NCBI RefSeq assembly: GCF_963921235.1
Contig: NC_086117.1
Location: forward strand, 59,086,001 to 59,150,000
Direction: 5' to 3'
DNA: 64,000 nt
DNA from: Mobula hypostoma
Taxonomy: Eukaryota
In this document: piece by piece, positions 12,691 through 26,118 of the stretch
Position numbering within the stretch: position 1 is the stretch's first letter
Layout of the letters: each line of letters starts with the position of its first letter
Notes under the pieces: model-generated
The model's database searches: none
What the model saw: only the letters and a program-made list of their open reading frames with translations
Told to the model about the DNA's origin: nothing
Translations under genes and position numbers: made by a program

Positions 12691-13744
12691 TATTCTAGTT
12701 TTCTCAAAATGAATGCTAACATCACCTTTGCCTTCCTCACCTACAACTCAACCTGCAAATTAACCTTTCGCGAATCCTGCATGAGGACTCCCAAGAAATT
12801 TGGTAAAGCAGGTAGGAATAAAACTAAAGAGTGAGTTAAAGGTTTGCTTTAATTATCACATGTACAGTAAGACATTGAAACCTACAGTGAAATACATTAC
12901 TTGCGTCAAAGACCAACGCAGTCTGCAATTGATGTGCAAGTGTCGCCTTGGTTCTAGCACCAATGTAATGTACCCACAACTTACTAACCCTAACTCTTTG
13001 GAGTCAAGGGAGAATGTGCAAACTCCTTGCAGACAGTGGTAGGAATTGAACCCGGATCACCTGTACTGTAAGGTGTTGTGCTAGCCACTGTGCTACTGTG
13101 CTGGTGTAATTATTTTGTTAACAACAGTCAGACTTAGAATGAAGAACAGTCATTACAAACATTCTATTTCGTGCTTTAATTATTTGCTCCAGGATGGATT
13201 ATTGGGAAGTTAGATTGGAAAAAATGCTAAGATTAAACCTTTGCAATAATTTATTATGTCGTGTCGTCTTCAAATCCCTTCCTCATTCCTAATCTACCTT
13301 TTTGCTAAAGCTTCCCTGCTGTTCAATCATTTTGGCTTTTAGAGCATCACTGTGTATCAAAACCTTTCCGCTGGTGATCATCAGAACCCAGCCCCTCAGC
13401 TCTGAAATTGACTCTGTAAACCTCTCTGCTTCTCTCATTATGAAAGGTAGTTCACTGGAGATATGAATTCAAAATCCACTGTGGTAGATGGTAGGATTCT
13501 GTTCATTAAATACATTTGGAATTAAGAAATTAGTTCCAAAGGTGAAATGCATGGAAAGGTCAAAATAAATTTACTATCAAAGTACATATACATCAGCATG
13601 TACAACCCCGAGATTTATTTTTCTTGCAGGCATTCACAATAGAACAAAGAAATACAATGGAATCAATTTGGCAAAGATGGGCCAACAAAACAGTGGCCAA
13701 TGTGTAGTGTGTTAAATTTAAAAACCCAAATGGTTCATTAATTA

Positions 13745-13870
13745 CACTGGACAACAAAGATTTTGCTTCCTGAGTACTTTTGAGTGTACCTTATGGATTT
13801 TGGGCTGCGGATCACGAAAAATGCCTTGAAATTTCGCTATCACACACCATTTTTTTAAATCACCTATATT
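13745..13870 (+). mobile_element. Chapaev3-like terminal fragment
   Basis: Begins cactggacaacaaagattttgcttcc, an imperfect inverted match to the terminus at 381-401. Confidence 0.45.
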
Positions 13871-15075
13871 TCAAAGTTTCAAAGTGCATTTGTTGTCAAC
13901 AGTGAGATTTGTTTACTTACAGGCAGCCACAAAGCGAGAAACCCGAAAGAACACAATTAGAATAAACAAAATAAAGACCAACACCCAATGCACAGAGAAA
14001 AGGAAAAAGCGAAGGTCACGCAGTAAAACTGAAGGAAGCAGCAACATTCCGAATCCCGGAGTAGGCCCAAAGCCTCGGTATCATATTAGCAGGCACGGAG
14101 CACAGCAGCCAGGGGCGGTCTTTACAGCCTCAGCGCTATGGAGAGAGGAGTGAACATCGTAGGAGAGTGAGCGAAATCGGCTCTTGGCTCCAATCCCAAC
14201 ACCCTGTTTCTCCAGTCTATCTGGGCCGATGTTTAAATTGTCCAAACAGCATATGGCACCACTGCAGCAAAAGGCTTTGGGCCTAGACACACCACTCAGT
14301 GACTTGCTGCAGGCCCAGGTTTCACCACCCAGTTCTCGATTTCTGCAAATGAGCTCAGTACCCAGAGCGATCCAACCTTGCAGCCGGGCCAGTTGTACAG
14401 GCATTGAAACTCCTCTGCCTGGACTTTTCTCTGAATGGCTCACTCCACCTGCATTGATTGTGCAATGTACCAGCAATCAAATCAAATCAAGTTTAATAAT
14501 CATTCAAACCATAGATATTTACAGCTGAACAAGACTGCGTTTCTGTGGGGCCAAGGTGCAAAACATTCAAAATTGCAAGCAAGCCTTCAAAAACAGCAAG
14601 TAACATAATTCAAAATATTGAGCAAAGAAGCATATTCACTTGGAACAAAAAAAACATATAGTCCAGGACCCTGAGTGACAATGTCCAGCAATTGATTTTA
14701 CATTGTGTCTAGCAGTACACAATGCACACAATTCAGCCTGTTATTCCACTGCTGGAACATGGGAGGACAGCACCAATGGGAAAGGCCAGGCCCCAGCCAA
14801 GCTCAACCACACTGTAGCGCTTCTGCGTCTCTCACTGGTCTGAAGCAGCAGGCAAGCCCAAGGCTTGAGGCCTAGTTCTTGCTAGATCTGAGTCTACACA
14901 GCTCCCATGTCGGCTGTCCTTCCACCAGACAGGGGTCACTGTCCGACAGAGTATTGCATTTGCAAGTGAAATGTTTGAGACAATCTCCCATGGTTATACT
15001 GCACCAACTCCGATGCTTCTGTGTCGTAGGCAGCAACATGGTCCGCAGCCAGGTCAGCCCCTCTGAACCCAAACT

Positions 15076-15201
15076 GGCTCCTCCGACAGATTGGTGGGCT
15101 GCTTCAATATCCCGACAGGCTCCTTCGACATCCCAGTTGGCTCCTTCAACACCTCAGCTGACCTCTTGGACCCTTCATCCAGCTCCTCCGATATCCCAGC
15201 C
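15076..15201. repeat. Degenerate 21-bp tandem repeat, ~6 units
   Basis: ggctcctccgacagattggtg / ggctgcttcaatatcccgaca / ggctccttcgacatcccagtt / ggctccttcaacacctcagct / gacctcttggacccttcatcc / agctcctccgatatcccagcc. Confidence 0.7.
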
Positions 15202-16084
15202 TCAGCCAGCTCTGCTACCCTGCCGACACCAGTCCAGACACTGATCAATGAGCAGCTCACTGATGAGTAGCCCTGCAGTACCTGTACCCGATCTTCTGGA
15301 GTAGAATTGTCTTTGGATGGTAAAAAAAATAATTTTACAAAGAAAAAAGCACCTTTGGTTAGCCCCCGAGAGGCAGCTGCATTCGCACATCTTTCCAGAC
15401 AGTTCATCCATCGAATTCACTCGCACCTTCATTGTTTGCGATGATGATTTACCACAATTTACTTCAGGAAAGGAGTTATTAGGTATGTTTTTAGTCAAAT
15501 TTCTTGCATAACCTGAAGAAAATGGCTCATCATCACCAGAGATGCATTTTAAAGTTTGCAATACCCATAGGAAGTGAGCAGCAAAGGTGGGCTACCAGAA
15601 CATCCAACAATGATTCTAGGACTAGGGTCACACATAGGCCACAGAGGGAAAAGTACTTCTATAGATTTCATTTTTGGAACTTCCAAATTTATTTAATGAA
15701 CAAAACCTGACCAGCTGCTGCAGTTGTAATGAATTATTATCTTCATTACAGGCTGTTTGGCCCATGATGTGCCGATCTTTTACCCTAGTTTAAGATCAAA
15801 CTAACCTTTCCCATTCCCATAGCCCACACCTATTTTTTTTCAACCATGTGCCAATCTAAGAGTCTCTTAAATGTCCCTAATGTATCTGCCTGTTCCATCA
15901 CCCCAGCAGCACATACAGATTCAGAATCGGGTTTAATATCACCAGCATATGTTGTCGTCATGGCAGCAGTACAATGCAATGCATAATAATAAGAACTGTG
16001 AACTACAGTAAAATATATATATATATAATTAAGTTGTATGAAAAGATTAAAAAAATAGTGAGGTAGTGTTTATGGGTTCAGTGT

Positions 16085-16690
16085 CCATTCAGAAATCAGA
16101 TGGCAGAGGGGAGGAACCTGTTCCTGAATTGTTGAGTGTGTGTCTTCAGGCTTCTGTACCTCCTTCCTGATGGTAGCAATGAGAAGAGGGCATGACCTGG
16201 GTGATGGGGGTCCTTAATGCTGAATACCCCCTTTTTGAGGCACCACTCTTTGAAGATGCCGTGGATACTACGGAGGCTAGTGCCTGTGATGGAGCTGACT
16301 AATTTACAACTCTCTGCAGCTTCCTTTGATCCTGTGCAGTGCCCCCCCCCCATACTGATGGTGATGCAAACAGTTAGAATGCTTGCTGTCTGTAGAAATT
16401 TCCGAGTATCTTTGGTGACATACCAAAAATCTCCTCAAAATCCAGATGAAATATAGCCGGTGATGTGCTTTCTTTGTAACTGCATCGATATTTGGACCCA
16501 GGTGAGATCCTCAGAGACGTTGACACCCAGGAACTGCTCACTCTTTCCACTAAGAGGACTGGTTTGTGTTCCCTCCTCTTACCCTTTCTGAAGTCAATCA
16601 GTTCTTTGGTTTTACTGACATTGAGTGGAAGGTTTTTGCTGCAACACAACTCAACCAGCTGATCTGTCTCGCTCCTGTACACCTCACCAC
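16085..16690 (-). mobile_element. Rex1/Babar-type LINE fragment
   Basis: ORFs with WC..NLPLNVSKTKEL.DFRK and IKDPHHPGHALFSLLPSGRRYRS. Confidence 0.8.
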
Positions 16691-16959
16691 TCTGTTGTGA
16701 GACATTCCCCCTACACTTTCCCCAATAGGGTTAAAATGATGTCCTCTCGTAGTAGCCATTTCTGCCCTAGGGAAAATGTTTCTGGTTGTCCATCTCCTAC
16801 TGTAGGTTTCACAGGCAGCACTCTGTTGTAGTGTGTGTAAAACAAGCTGCAGAAAATGCAGACAGTCTTTGTCAACAGCAGCATCTAAAGAGGGATCAAA
16901 GGAATTAACCTTTGAATCAAATCCTATAATCAGACAATCAGCAACAATAAACGAGTCCA

Positions 16960-17175
16960 TTGCGGGTAAGTAAAGCCCTCCCCTCCATTGAGCACGTCCA
17001 CACAAAGTGTTGTCGCAGGAAAGCAGCTTCCAACATCAGGGTCCCCCTCCACCCAGGACATGCTCTCTTCTCACTGCTGCCATCAGGAAGAAGGTACAGG
17101 AGTCTCAGGACTCACAGCATCAGGTTCAGGAACAGTTACTACCCCTCAACCATCAGGTTCTTGAACAAAATGGGA
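16960..17175 (+). mobile_element. Rex1/Babar-type LINE 3' fragment
   Basis: LPSIEHVHTKCCRRKAASNI..HPGHALFSLLPSGRRYRS...RFRNSYYP. Confidence 0.8.
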
Positions 17176-19424
17176 CAACTTCACTTGCCCTTTTAGTGAA
17201 ATGTTCTTTAAACCTATGGACTCAAGGACTCTTCATCTCATGTTCCTGATATTTATTGCTTATTTATTATTATTATTTATTTCTTTTTGCACACTGGTTA
17301 TACGTCCAATTGGTGCAGTCTTTTATTGATTCAGTTATGGTTATTATTCTAGTATGGAGTTATTGAGTGAGGCCTCCGTGGATCAGGGTTGACCTTGGAT
17401 GTTGCATCTTAGCTTTCTAGATACACAAAGCCAGGCCTATCCAACCTGGAGAGCAAGCTGATGTCCACGTAGCAAGCTCCCCCTCTCCATGCATCTGATG
17501 AACTGAATGGAACAGCAAAGACCAATACAGTTTGACACCACAAGAGTTGCCAGTCAGTGTTGAACTCAATGTCGGACTGCCTTAGGGACTCCAGCTTTGG
17601 GTTTTCCCTCAGGGTTTACTCCCAAAGCCTTCCCCATGAGTGGGTAAAGCAGAGGTATGAGATCCAAGTTTTCCTTCTCCTAGACAAGCTGCCAACCATG
17701 TCTTACGCCAGTAACCCACCTTTGTCCCTTCTCCTCACAGCAGAAACAATTCCACTGGGCTTATTAGCTAAACCACATGTGGAGGCCAGGAACTGGACTT
17801 GGTTGTCAGATGCTATTTGGAGACACATGCCATTGGGAGCATTTAATAGGTAGTGGGAGCTTGTCCCCATTACCACCCCCGGCTATAACAATCTTAAAGA
17901 ACCATTTATTGAGTATGCCTACAGGAAAATGAATCTCAGGGTTGTATTGGTGAAATTTATGTACTGTGATAATAAATTTACTTCGAACTTTGAACTTTAT
18001 TGTACTAAGTACTTCAAGACCACATTATAAAATTTGCACATAACAATCTGTTGTTTGTTATGTGCATCTTAATATGAAGATCAAGTCCCAGCTATGCCAG
18101 GAACCAGAACTCATGATCCTGATGAAGGGTCACAGCCCAAAACTTCTGCTGTTCGTTTCCCTTCCTAGATGCTGCCTGACCCGCTGAGTTCCTCCGGCAA
18201 TTTTTGTGTGCCTGTGCTCAAGATTTCCAGCATCTTTTGAGTCCCTGAACTTTTTAATGTTGGTATCATAGATGTATTCATCACAGAGTTAGAGATAAGA
18301 ACTCAGAATTCTAATTAAGGCTCACTTCCATGACATGACACTTCCATGCAACAATTAATTCCTTCCTTTCCATGTATTGGTTCCTAGGCCAGTGGTTCCA
18401 CGTAATTGCTTCTTCACTTTACGACATTCCGGCTTATGAACCGTTTCATAGGTACGCTCTACCTTCGGATGGCGGGGGAAACCTGTATATATGTGTGCCA
18501 AGGACTTCTGCACAATATTGTATGTGCTGGTATTTATGTACTTATACACATTTTATTCAATGTCCGTACTTTAACCTCTGACATTTTTATATAATTCCTT
18601 TTTTTACATACGCAGTTGTTGAGTCTTGTTGTTTTTGTTGCATGTCACATGTCACACCCCGACCAACACACCACAGCAAATTCCTGCTACATGTTGATGT
18701 ATACAACAGGTGAAGTTGATCTAAAACTAAATGTTTCAATTTAATATCAGAGAATGTATACAGTATACAATCTGAAATTCCTACTCTTCACAGACATCCA
18801 TGAAACGGGAAACCCCATTCAGTGAATAATGGAAAGATCAGAACCCCCAAACTCCCCTCCCCTCTTCTATCGAATAGGCACCTGCAGAAGCCCCCAGCCC
18901 CCACCCCTCCATCATGCAAGCAATAGCAAAAGCACTCCCCCATCCTACCCCACAAAGAGACCTTGATCTGCAGCCCATCAGAACTAGAGTCCCCACAACC
19001 CAGCAGTTCAGTATCTCAGACAGGCTCTCTCTGTCCAGCGAGGGGGAGACAGAGGTCGTGCCCCTGGAACGAGGAGAGTGGGAGACCAGCAACTCACTGT
19101 TCCGATATCACAGAAGAGTGCAGAAGAGGAGCATAGTTAGTGTTCATGGACCGTTCAGAGATCCTTTGCCAAATAGGAAGAGCTTCTGTACACATCATCA
19201 CTCAAATCCCTGTTATAAACTCATACCGTCACTACAACGCTGAGTATGGACTCTGGCTCATTATAACACTGGCTATTCAATAATCTTGGGGTGGAAGTTC
19301 CTGTGTAACAGAAAATTAATCCTCTTGCGTCCTCTGCTGTTCAAACAATAAATTACAAAGCAATGAGATTTGTGAAAAGTGCAACAAGGCTGCATGTGAT
19401 CCAGATAGTTAAAATGGATATTAG

Positions 19425-20410
19425 ACCATAAGATATAGGAGCACAATTAGGCAATTTGCCCCATCAAGTCTGTTCTACCATTTCATCAGAGCTGATCCAT
19501 TTTCCATCTCAACTCCATTCTCCTGCCTTCTCACCAGAATGTTTTGTGCTCCGACTAATCATGAATCTACCAATCTCCAGCTTGGATACACCCAATGACC
19601 TGGCCTCCACAGCCATCTGTGTTAACAAATTCCACGGATTCACTACCCTCTGGCTAAAGAAATACTCCTCATATCTACAATACAATGGACGCCCCTCTAT
19701 CCTGAGGGCATGCCCTCTGGTCCTAGACTCTCCCACCATAGGAAATATTCTCTCCCACATCCATTCTATCTAGACCTTTCAATATTCGATAGGTTTCAAT
19801 GAGATCCCCCCTCATTCTTCCTTAATCCCAACTAGTACAGGCCCAGAGCTATCAAATGCTCCTCACTGGATAACCCTTTCATTCCTGGAATCATTCTCGT
19901 GAATCTCCTCTGGACCCTCTCCAATCTCAGCATATCCTTTTCAGGGGCTCAAAACTGGTCACAATACTCAAGGTGAGACCTCACCAGTGTCTTAAAAAGT
20001 CTCAGCATTTCGTCCTTGCTTTTATATTCTAGTCCTCTCAAAATGAATGCCAACATCACATTTACCTTCCTCACCACTGACTCAACCTGCAAGTTAACCT
20101 TCAGGGAATCCTGCATGAGGACTCACAAGTTCCTTTTCACCTCAGATTTTTGTATTTTCTGCCCATTTAGAAAATAGTCTACACTTTTTTTCCTTCTACC
20201 AAAGTGCTTGGCCATACACTTCCTGACATTGTATTCCATCTGCTACTTCTTTGCCCATTCTACTAATCGGTCTAGATCTTTCTCCAGCCTCCCTGCTTGC
20301 TCAACATTACCTGTCCTCCACCTATCTTTGTATCATCTGAAACAGTGGCCACAAAGCCATCAATTCCATCATCAAAACCATTGACATATAATGTGAAAAG
20401 AAGTGGTCCC
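19425..20410 (-). mobile_element. CR1-clade LINE 3' fragment
   Basis: GSVLGPLLF..DDTKIGG and RTRGH.LRIEG..FFSQRVVN.WN motifs; gaccataagatataggagc tail. Confidence 0.85.
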
Positions 20411-22104
20411 AACACTGACCCCTTCAGAACACCAATTTTGTGCGAGAATTTCCCAGACTGTCTGTTCCTGCACAGGTTCCAACCCAACAGTCTTCCCAAT
20501 ATTGACTGGGATCACCCTGGTGTAAAGGCATAGATGGGGTGGAACTTGTTAAGTACATCCAAGTTAGTTTTTTGAGGCAATATGTAGATGGAATAACAAG
20601 TGATGGGCCTGTACCTGGCCTTATCCTAGGAAATGAAACTGGACAGGTGGCAAAAACGTCAATTGTGGACACTAGGGAGGAGGTACAGGAGCCTGAAGAC
20701 ACACTCTCAACGATTCAGGAACAGCTTCTTCCCTCTGTCATCTGATTTCTGAACGGACAGTGAACCGATGAGCACTACTTCATTACTTCTTTTTTCTCTT
20801 TTTGCACTACCTATTTAATCTTCTAAATACTTACCGTACTTTACAGTTTTCATTATTATGTATTGCAATGTACTGCTGCCATGTTACAACAAATTTCACA
20901 ACAAATCGCAGTGGTATTCAACTTGATTCTGATTCTGATTCTTTGGAATCAATTGCCATCATTTTGTAAGTTTCAAGGTAGTAATGGAGAGGGATAGGGT
21001 GGGGTTTGATGGGACTTACTCTGCCTGGAGGTCTGTGACGAGTGCTGATCCACAGGGATCCGTTCTGGGACTTCTGCTATCTGTGAGATAACTCAATGAA
21101 AATGTAGGCAAGTCTGCAGACAATACAAAGATTGGTGGTGTTGTGGACAGCATAGGAGACTGGGAAAAAATATTGCAGGATATAGATCAATTGGCAACAT
21201 GGAGAGGGAGGAGCTAAAGATGGCCCCAGAGGTCTTTGCAGACGCAAGGCAACTTCTTCCAGTTCACCTGCGAAACAGTTTCTTCTTCTTCTTTTTTCAT
21301 GTCTCTCTTTTCTTTTCAAAGTAGCTGGGGTCCTGTGGAGCCTGTGATCTACAGCTGCAGCTCAAACTACAGTTTTCCACAAGCAGTGCATGCTCGTTCT
21401 CGGACTTGCCCTGAGGCCTGGCGTTTCAGTATCTCCAGGTGCGTCCTGCAGGGTGTGGCCCGGTGAACAACCCGGCCCTGGCCGATGTTGGTGACCGAAG
21501 CATCGTGGGGGGATGTAACATCGAGACAGCAGGGGATGTATGCTGCTGTCAGGAGGCCCTAGCACACACTGTCTCTCTCTCTCTCTCTCTCTCTCTTTCG
21601 ATGGTGAGTGAGAGTGTTGGTCCTCGACTTGAGGAATTCGAGCAGGTGACATGGAAGGTTGTAAAATCGGAACAGTGAGCTGTTGGCTACTCCTCTCTTT
21701 GGTGCAGGAGTGATATCTCTCTCTCCTTGCCTCACTGGTAAGAAGGAGTCTGTCTGAGACGTTGAAGTGTTGGGATGGACAGTGGCTTCTGATGGGCTCT
21801 AAACCATGGTCTCTGGGGGCTTTGCTATTACTTGCATGGTGGGTGGGGGCGCTGAGGGTTTCGCTGGAGCAGGTGGGGGGAGGGGCGATGTTTCTGCTGC
21901 TGCTTGTGCGTGGGGGGAGGGGGAGGGTCTTTGGGGTTCTAACATTTTCTGTCTTTGATCAGATGTAAAGAGCACGCTGTTACTGACAAGACCCTTAACA
22001 GTGTTGATGTGCAGGGGGACCTTGGAATCCAAGACCGTAACTCTCTGACAGCAGCTACATTGGTAGGTAGGGTGGTAAAGAAGGCATACAGCAGTTAAGG
22101 AAGT

Positions 22105-24460
22105 GAGTTCAAGAGTCAGAGGTTATGATGCAGATTTGTAAAACTCTATCTCAGCTGTGTCTGGTGTATTGTTTTCAGTTCTGGTTACCGCAGTATAGGA
22201 AGGGTGTGGAAGCTTTGGACGAGAGGGCATGTGCTATCAGGACAGGTCGAACAAATTCTTGTCTTTTTTTTTTCTGCAGCAACAAAGACTGAGAGGAAAT
22301 TTGATAGCGGTTTAAAATTAAGAAAGACATACGGTAGGTGGAGAACTGGGGAAAAGATACTGGCTGAAATTCCTAATACCAGAGGGTATATATTGAAGGT
22401 ATATGTTGGAGGCAAGTTCAAAGGAGGTGTGTGCAGGGCAAGTTTTTTCCCCCCAGAATAGTGGAAGCAGAGGGATTGAAAAGGTTTTTAGAAAGGCACA
22501 TAACTGTGCAGGAAATGGACATTGTTTGGGCAGAAGGGACTCATTTAGTTATTCATTTGCTTATGAATTTAATCAGTTCAGCACGTCATTTTGTGAAGGG
22601 CCTGTTTCTGTGCTGTAGTATATACGGTGAGAGAGGTTGGTCAAAAAAGAGATCAGCAACATTTTCTTCCAAGATGCCCAATTAACTCCTTAATCCAGAA
22701 TCAATCTGCTTAACAATAGGTGTGAATAATGGCTCTGATGATTTTGTTTCTTTCAGAGCTTCCCAACCTGGGGTCCACAGATCCCTCGGCTAATGGTAGG
22801 ACTCCGTGGCATAAAAAAGGTTGTGAACCCCTGGTTTCTTTATTTTTGGTACCATTTTCGTCCTTTGATGTCTCTTTTTATCCTTTTCAAGGTGGATGGG
22901 GTTCTGTCGGAGTCCCTGATCTACAGCTGCACTCAATCTGTGGTTCATTATGGTGACATTTCCTGTTCCCGGGACTCACCAACTAGCCATTTTTGGATAT
23001 CCCAAAGGCGCGGCCAAGAAGATGAGCATGCCTTTGGGGTCCCGAGGCTTTGCAGCCCTGTGGACAAGCCTATTCTAAACCACCAACTGAAGTGACACAG
23101 GAGGAAACGGAATATCAGGGACAGTGGATCAGCTGTCAGAGGTCTCTGTACTCACTGAATCTCTCTCTCTCTTCTCATTGGTGGGGAAGAGTTGCAGTCG
23201 ATTTTTGAATCAGAGGACTCAGAACTTTAACTCCATAAATCAGCAAGTTGTTTGTGTTTGTTGATCTCCTGTCTCACTGTGTAACACCTCTCTTGCCTTT
23301 TATTGGGAAGAGGGGGAGCCTGTGGCATGTATAATTGTCGGGTGAACAATTAACTTTTGTTGGACTCCAGATCACCGTCTCCCTTTGGGGGCTTTGCTAT
23401 TGCTGGCTTGGTGGGTGGTGGTGGGGCTGATGCTTTTTGCTGAGATAAGTGAGGGAGGGGGAGGGTTGATGCTTTGCTACTGCTTGTGCATGGGAGGGGG
23501 AGGGGGCGTGGGGGGGCTTTGCAGTTCTAATGTTTTCTACTGTCTTCTGTTTTCGTGGATGACTGCAAGAGCAAGAATTTCAGGTTGTGTATTGTACGCA
23601 CTCTCTGATATTAAATGGAATTATTGAACTATTGAAGTCAGTTCAAGAGTCAGAAGTTATGATGCTATTTTATAGAACTCTAGCTCAGCTGCATCTGGAG
23701 TATTGCTTTCAGTTCTGGTTACCGCAGTACAGGAAGATATGGAAGCTTTGGAGAGAGTTGCCTAGGTGAGAGGGCACGTGCTATCAGGAGAGGTCAGACA
23801 AGTTTGCATTCTCTTTTCTGTAGCAGCGGAGACTGAGGAGAGATCTGATAGAGATCTAAGAGTATGAAAGGCATACAGTATATGGAGAATCTGGGGAAAA
23901 GATACAGGCTGAAAGTTCTAATTGCAGAGGGGGTGAGTTCAAAGTAAATGTGTGGGGCGAGTTTTTTTTTCCAGAATGGTGGGTTCCAAAAATGCACTCC
24001 CTGGGATGGTGGCGGAAGCATAACGATTCAAGAGGCTCTTAGATAGGCACACAACTGTGCAGGACATGGGCAGGAGGGATTCGTTTCGTTATTGTGATTG
24101 TGAATTTAATCAGTTTAGCACATCATTTTGAGAAGGGCCTATTCCTGTGCTGTTTATTCAGAGAGGGTGGTCAAAATAAGAGATCAGCAACATTTTCTTC
24201 TGAAATACCTAATTAATTCCTTAATGCAGTATCAATCTGCTTAAGACCATCAGAGATAAAATATAGCAGCAGAATTAGGCCATTTTGCCCATTGAGTCTG
24301 CTCTGTAATTCTGTACAATAGATGTGAATCATGGTCTGATGATTTATACTGCCTTTAGACAGATCTTTTGTTTCTTTCAGGGATTCCCAACCTGGGATCC
24401 ACAGACTCCTTGGTTAAGGGTAGGAAAGATTGGGAACCCCAGTTTCTTTATTTGCTGATA
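22105..24460 (+). repeat. Old local direct duplication (~22105-22850 and ~23640-24460)
   Basis: Both copies share a CR1 3' end, the non-repeat-like flank gagatcagcaacattttcttc...atcaatctgcttaa, and the same MITE at the same site. Confidence 0.8.
22754..22833. mobile_element. hAT-type MITE (second copy ~24378-24441)
   Basis: TIR cag..cttcccaacct / aggttg.gaacccctg with 8-bp TSD gtttcttt (22746-22753, 22834-22841). Confidence 0.8.
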
Positions 24461-24474
24461 CCATTTTCTTTCTA

Positions 24475-24830
24475 CTTGATAGAGGTGTGGTTCGTCCATC
24501 GCCGTCATTGATGAAGACCTCAACACCATTGATGGTGTCAAGACTAGCGCATGATTTGGATTTAAGTGAGGGAGAGTTGCGCAGCGTCAGCCTCACTCTC
24601 TCTTCCCAATTCCCATCTGGATCCAGTGGCAAGACAGAGTTGAGACAGCTGGAGATGGGACTAGGCGCAATGGATAACCAGGACATCTTCTGTGTCTTGT
24701 CCTGCTCTACACGTTCCACGATGCTTGCAGAAACCGCCTTCTTGACCGTTGGACCTTCCATTGGTCTTGTCCGCTCAATCCACTGGAGTCTGTCTTCACA
24801 TGCTGGGACATGTACAAGATAATGAGAAGC
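24475..24830 (-). mobile_element. Probable RTE-derived non-autonomous element
   Basis: ggatttaagtgagggagag...cagcctcactctctc..cc...ccagtggcaagaca...ctggagatgg resembles, from memory, marsupial RTE-related SINEs; not verified. Confidence 0.45.
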
Positions 24831-25721
24831 ATTGATCATGTGGATAGTCAGAGGCTTTTCCCCAGGGCTGAAATGGCTAGCATGAGAGGACATAGTTTTA
24901 AGGTGCTTGGAAGTAGGTACAGAGGAGATGTCAGGGGTAAGCGGTGAGTGTGTGGAATGGGCTGCCGGCAGCGGTGGAAACGATAGGGTCTTTTAAGAGA
25001 CTCCTGGATGGGTACATGGAGCTTAGAAAAATAGAGGGCAATGGGTAAAGCCTAGGTAAGTTCTAAGGTAAGGACATGTTTGGCACAGCTTTGTGGGCCG
25101 AAGGGCCTGTATTGTGCTGTAGGTTTTCTATATCTTGTTTTTCATTTGATCATTCTGATTCTCACAAGATCTTTTGTTCTTTGCAACTCTCTTTGCTTTT
25201 TTTTGTTGCCATATTTGCTTAAAATCTATATTTCATTAGGAGTTTGAGGTTTGTTGCCGAAAACGCTCGAAAATTTCTAGAGATGTACCAATAGCAGCAG
25301 CTCCTCTCTCAGATCCAAACACCCACAAATTCCTACAGGAGTACCATGGAGAGCATTCTAAGTAGCTGCATCACCATCTGGTATGGGGGGCAGGGGACTA
25401 CTGCACAGGGTTGAAATAAGCTGCAGAGAGTTGTAAACTTAGTCCGCTCCATCATGGGCACCAGCCTCTCCTGCATCGAGGATATCTTCAAAAGGTGTCA
25501 TCCATCATAAAGGACCCAAATTACCCAGGTCATTCCCTCTTCTCATTGTTACCATCAGGTAGGAGGTACACGAGCATGACGACACACAGTCAACATTTCA
25601 GGTACAACTTCCTCCTGATTTCTGAAAGGACATTGAACCCATGTACACTATCTCACTCCTATTTTTTTTTGCACCACTAATTTAATATTGATATACAGTA
25701 TATATATATATAATCTTATTG

Positions 25722-26118
25722 TAAGGGTGGTGAGGTGGAGATATGTTTTTACTAAAGGAGGTGTAAGGCATTCCTTTCCTTCGCTAGCCTGCAGGTCACC
25801 CTTGGCAAAGTGTAGCACCTTCTTAGTCCCTCTCCGTCCCTCCCCCCCACCCCCACCAAATCAGGGTCATGTGAAGCCATTAGAGCAGATGGTGGATATT
25901 TGTTTGAGTAGCTGGTGCATATGTTAAGTCCTGGTTATGGGACCACTGACTCCAGGCAATCTCTGAAGAGTATTGATAATGGCTGGGGTCACCCCGTCTT
26001 GTAAAGACACTGCCCAGAAGAAAGCAATGGCAAAGCACTTCCGTAGGAAAATTTACCAAGAACAATCATGGTCATGGAAAGACTGTGATCACCCATGTCA
26101 CAGACACAGCACGTAACT
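25722..26118 (+). mobile_element. RTE/BovB-related SINE (other copies 39862-40270 +, 5830-5935 -)
   Basis: Near-collinear copies carrying the gcaatggcaaa(c/g)cactt motif typical of BovB-related elements. Confidence 0.65.

Larger units (their letters stand above)
7870..12798 (-). mobile_element. CR1-clade LINE 3' fragment (7870-8482 + 12691-12798) interrupted by a Tigger element
   Basis: The flanks join as atccttgctctta-ta-ttctagttttctcaaaatgaatgc, matching the uninterrupted copy at ~20011-20050. Confidence 0.8.

Noticed and set aside
21572-21597. (CT)n microsatellite
   Set aside because: Ordinary simple repeat within a dispersed element.
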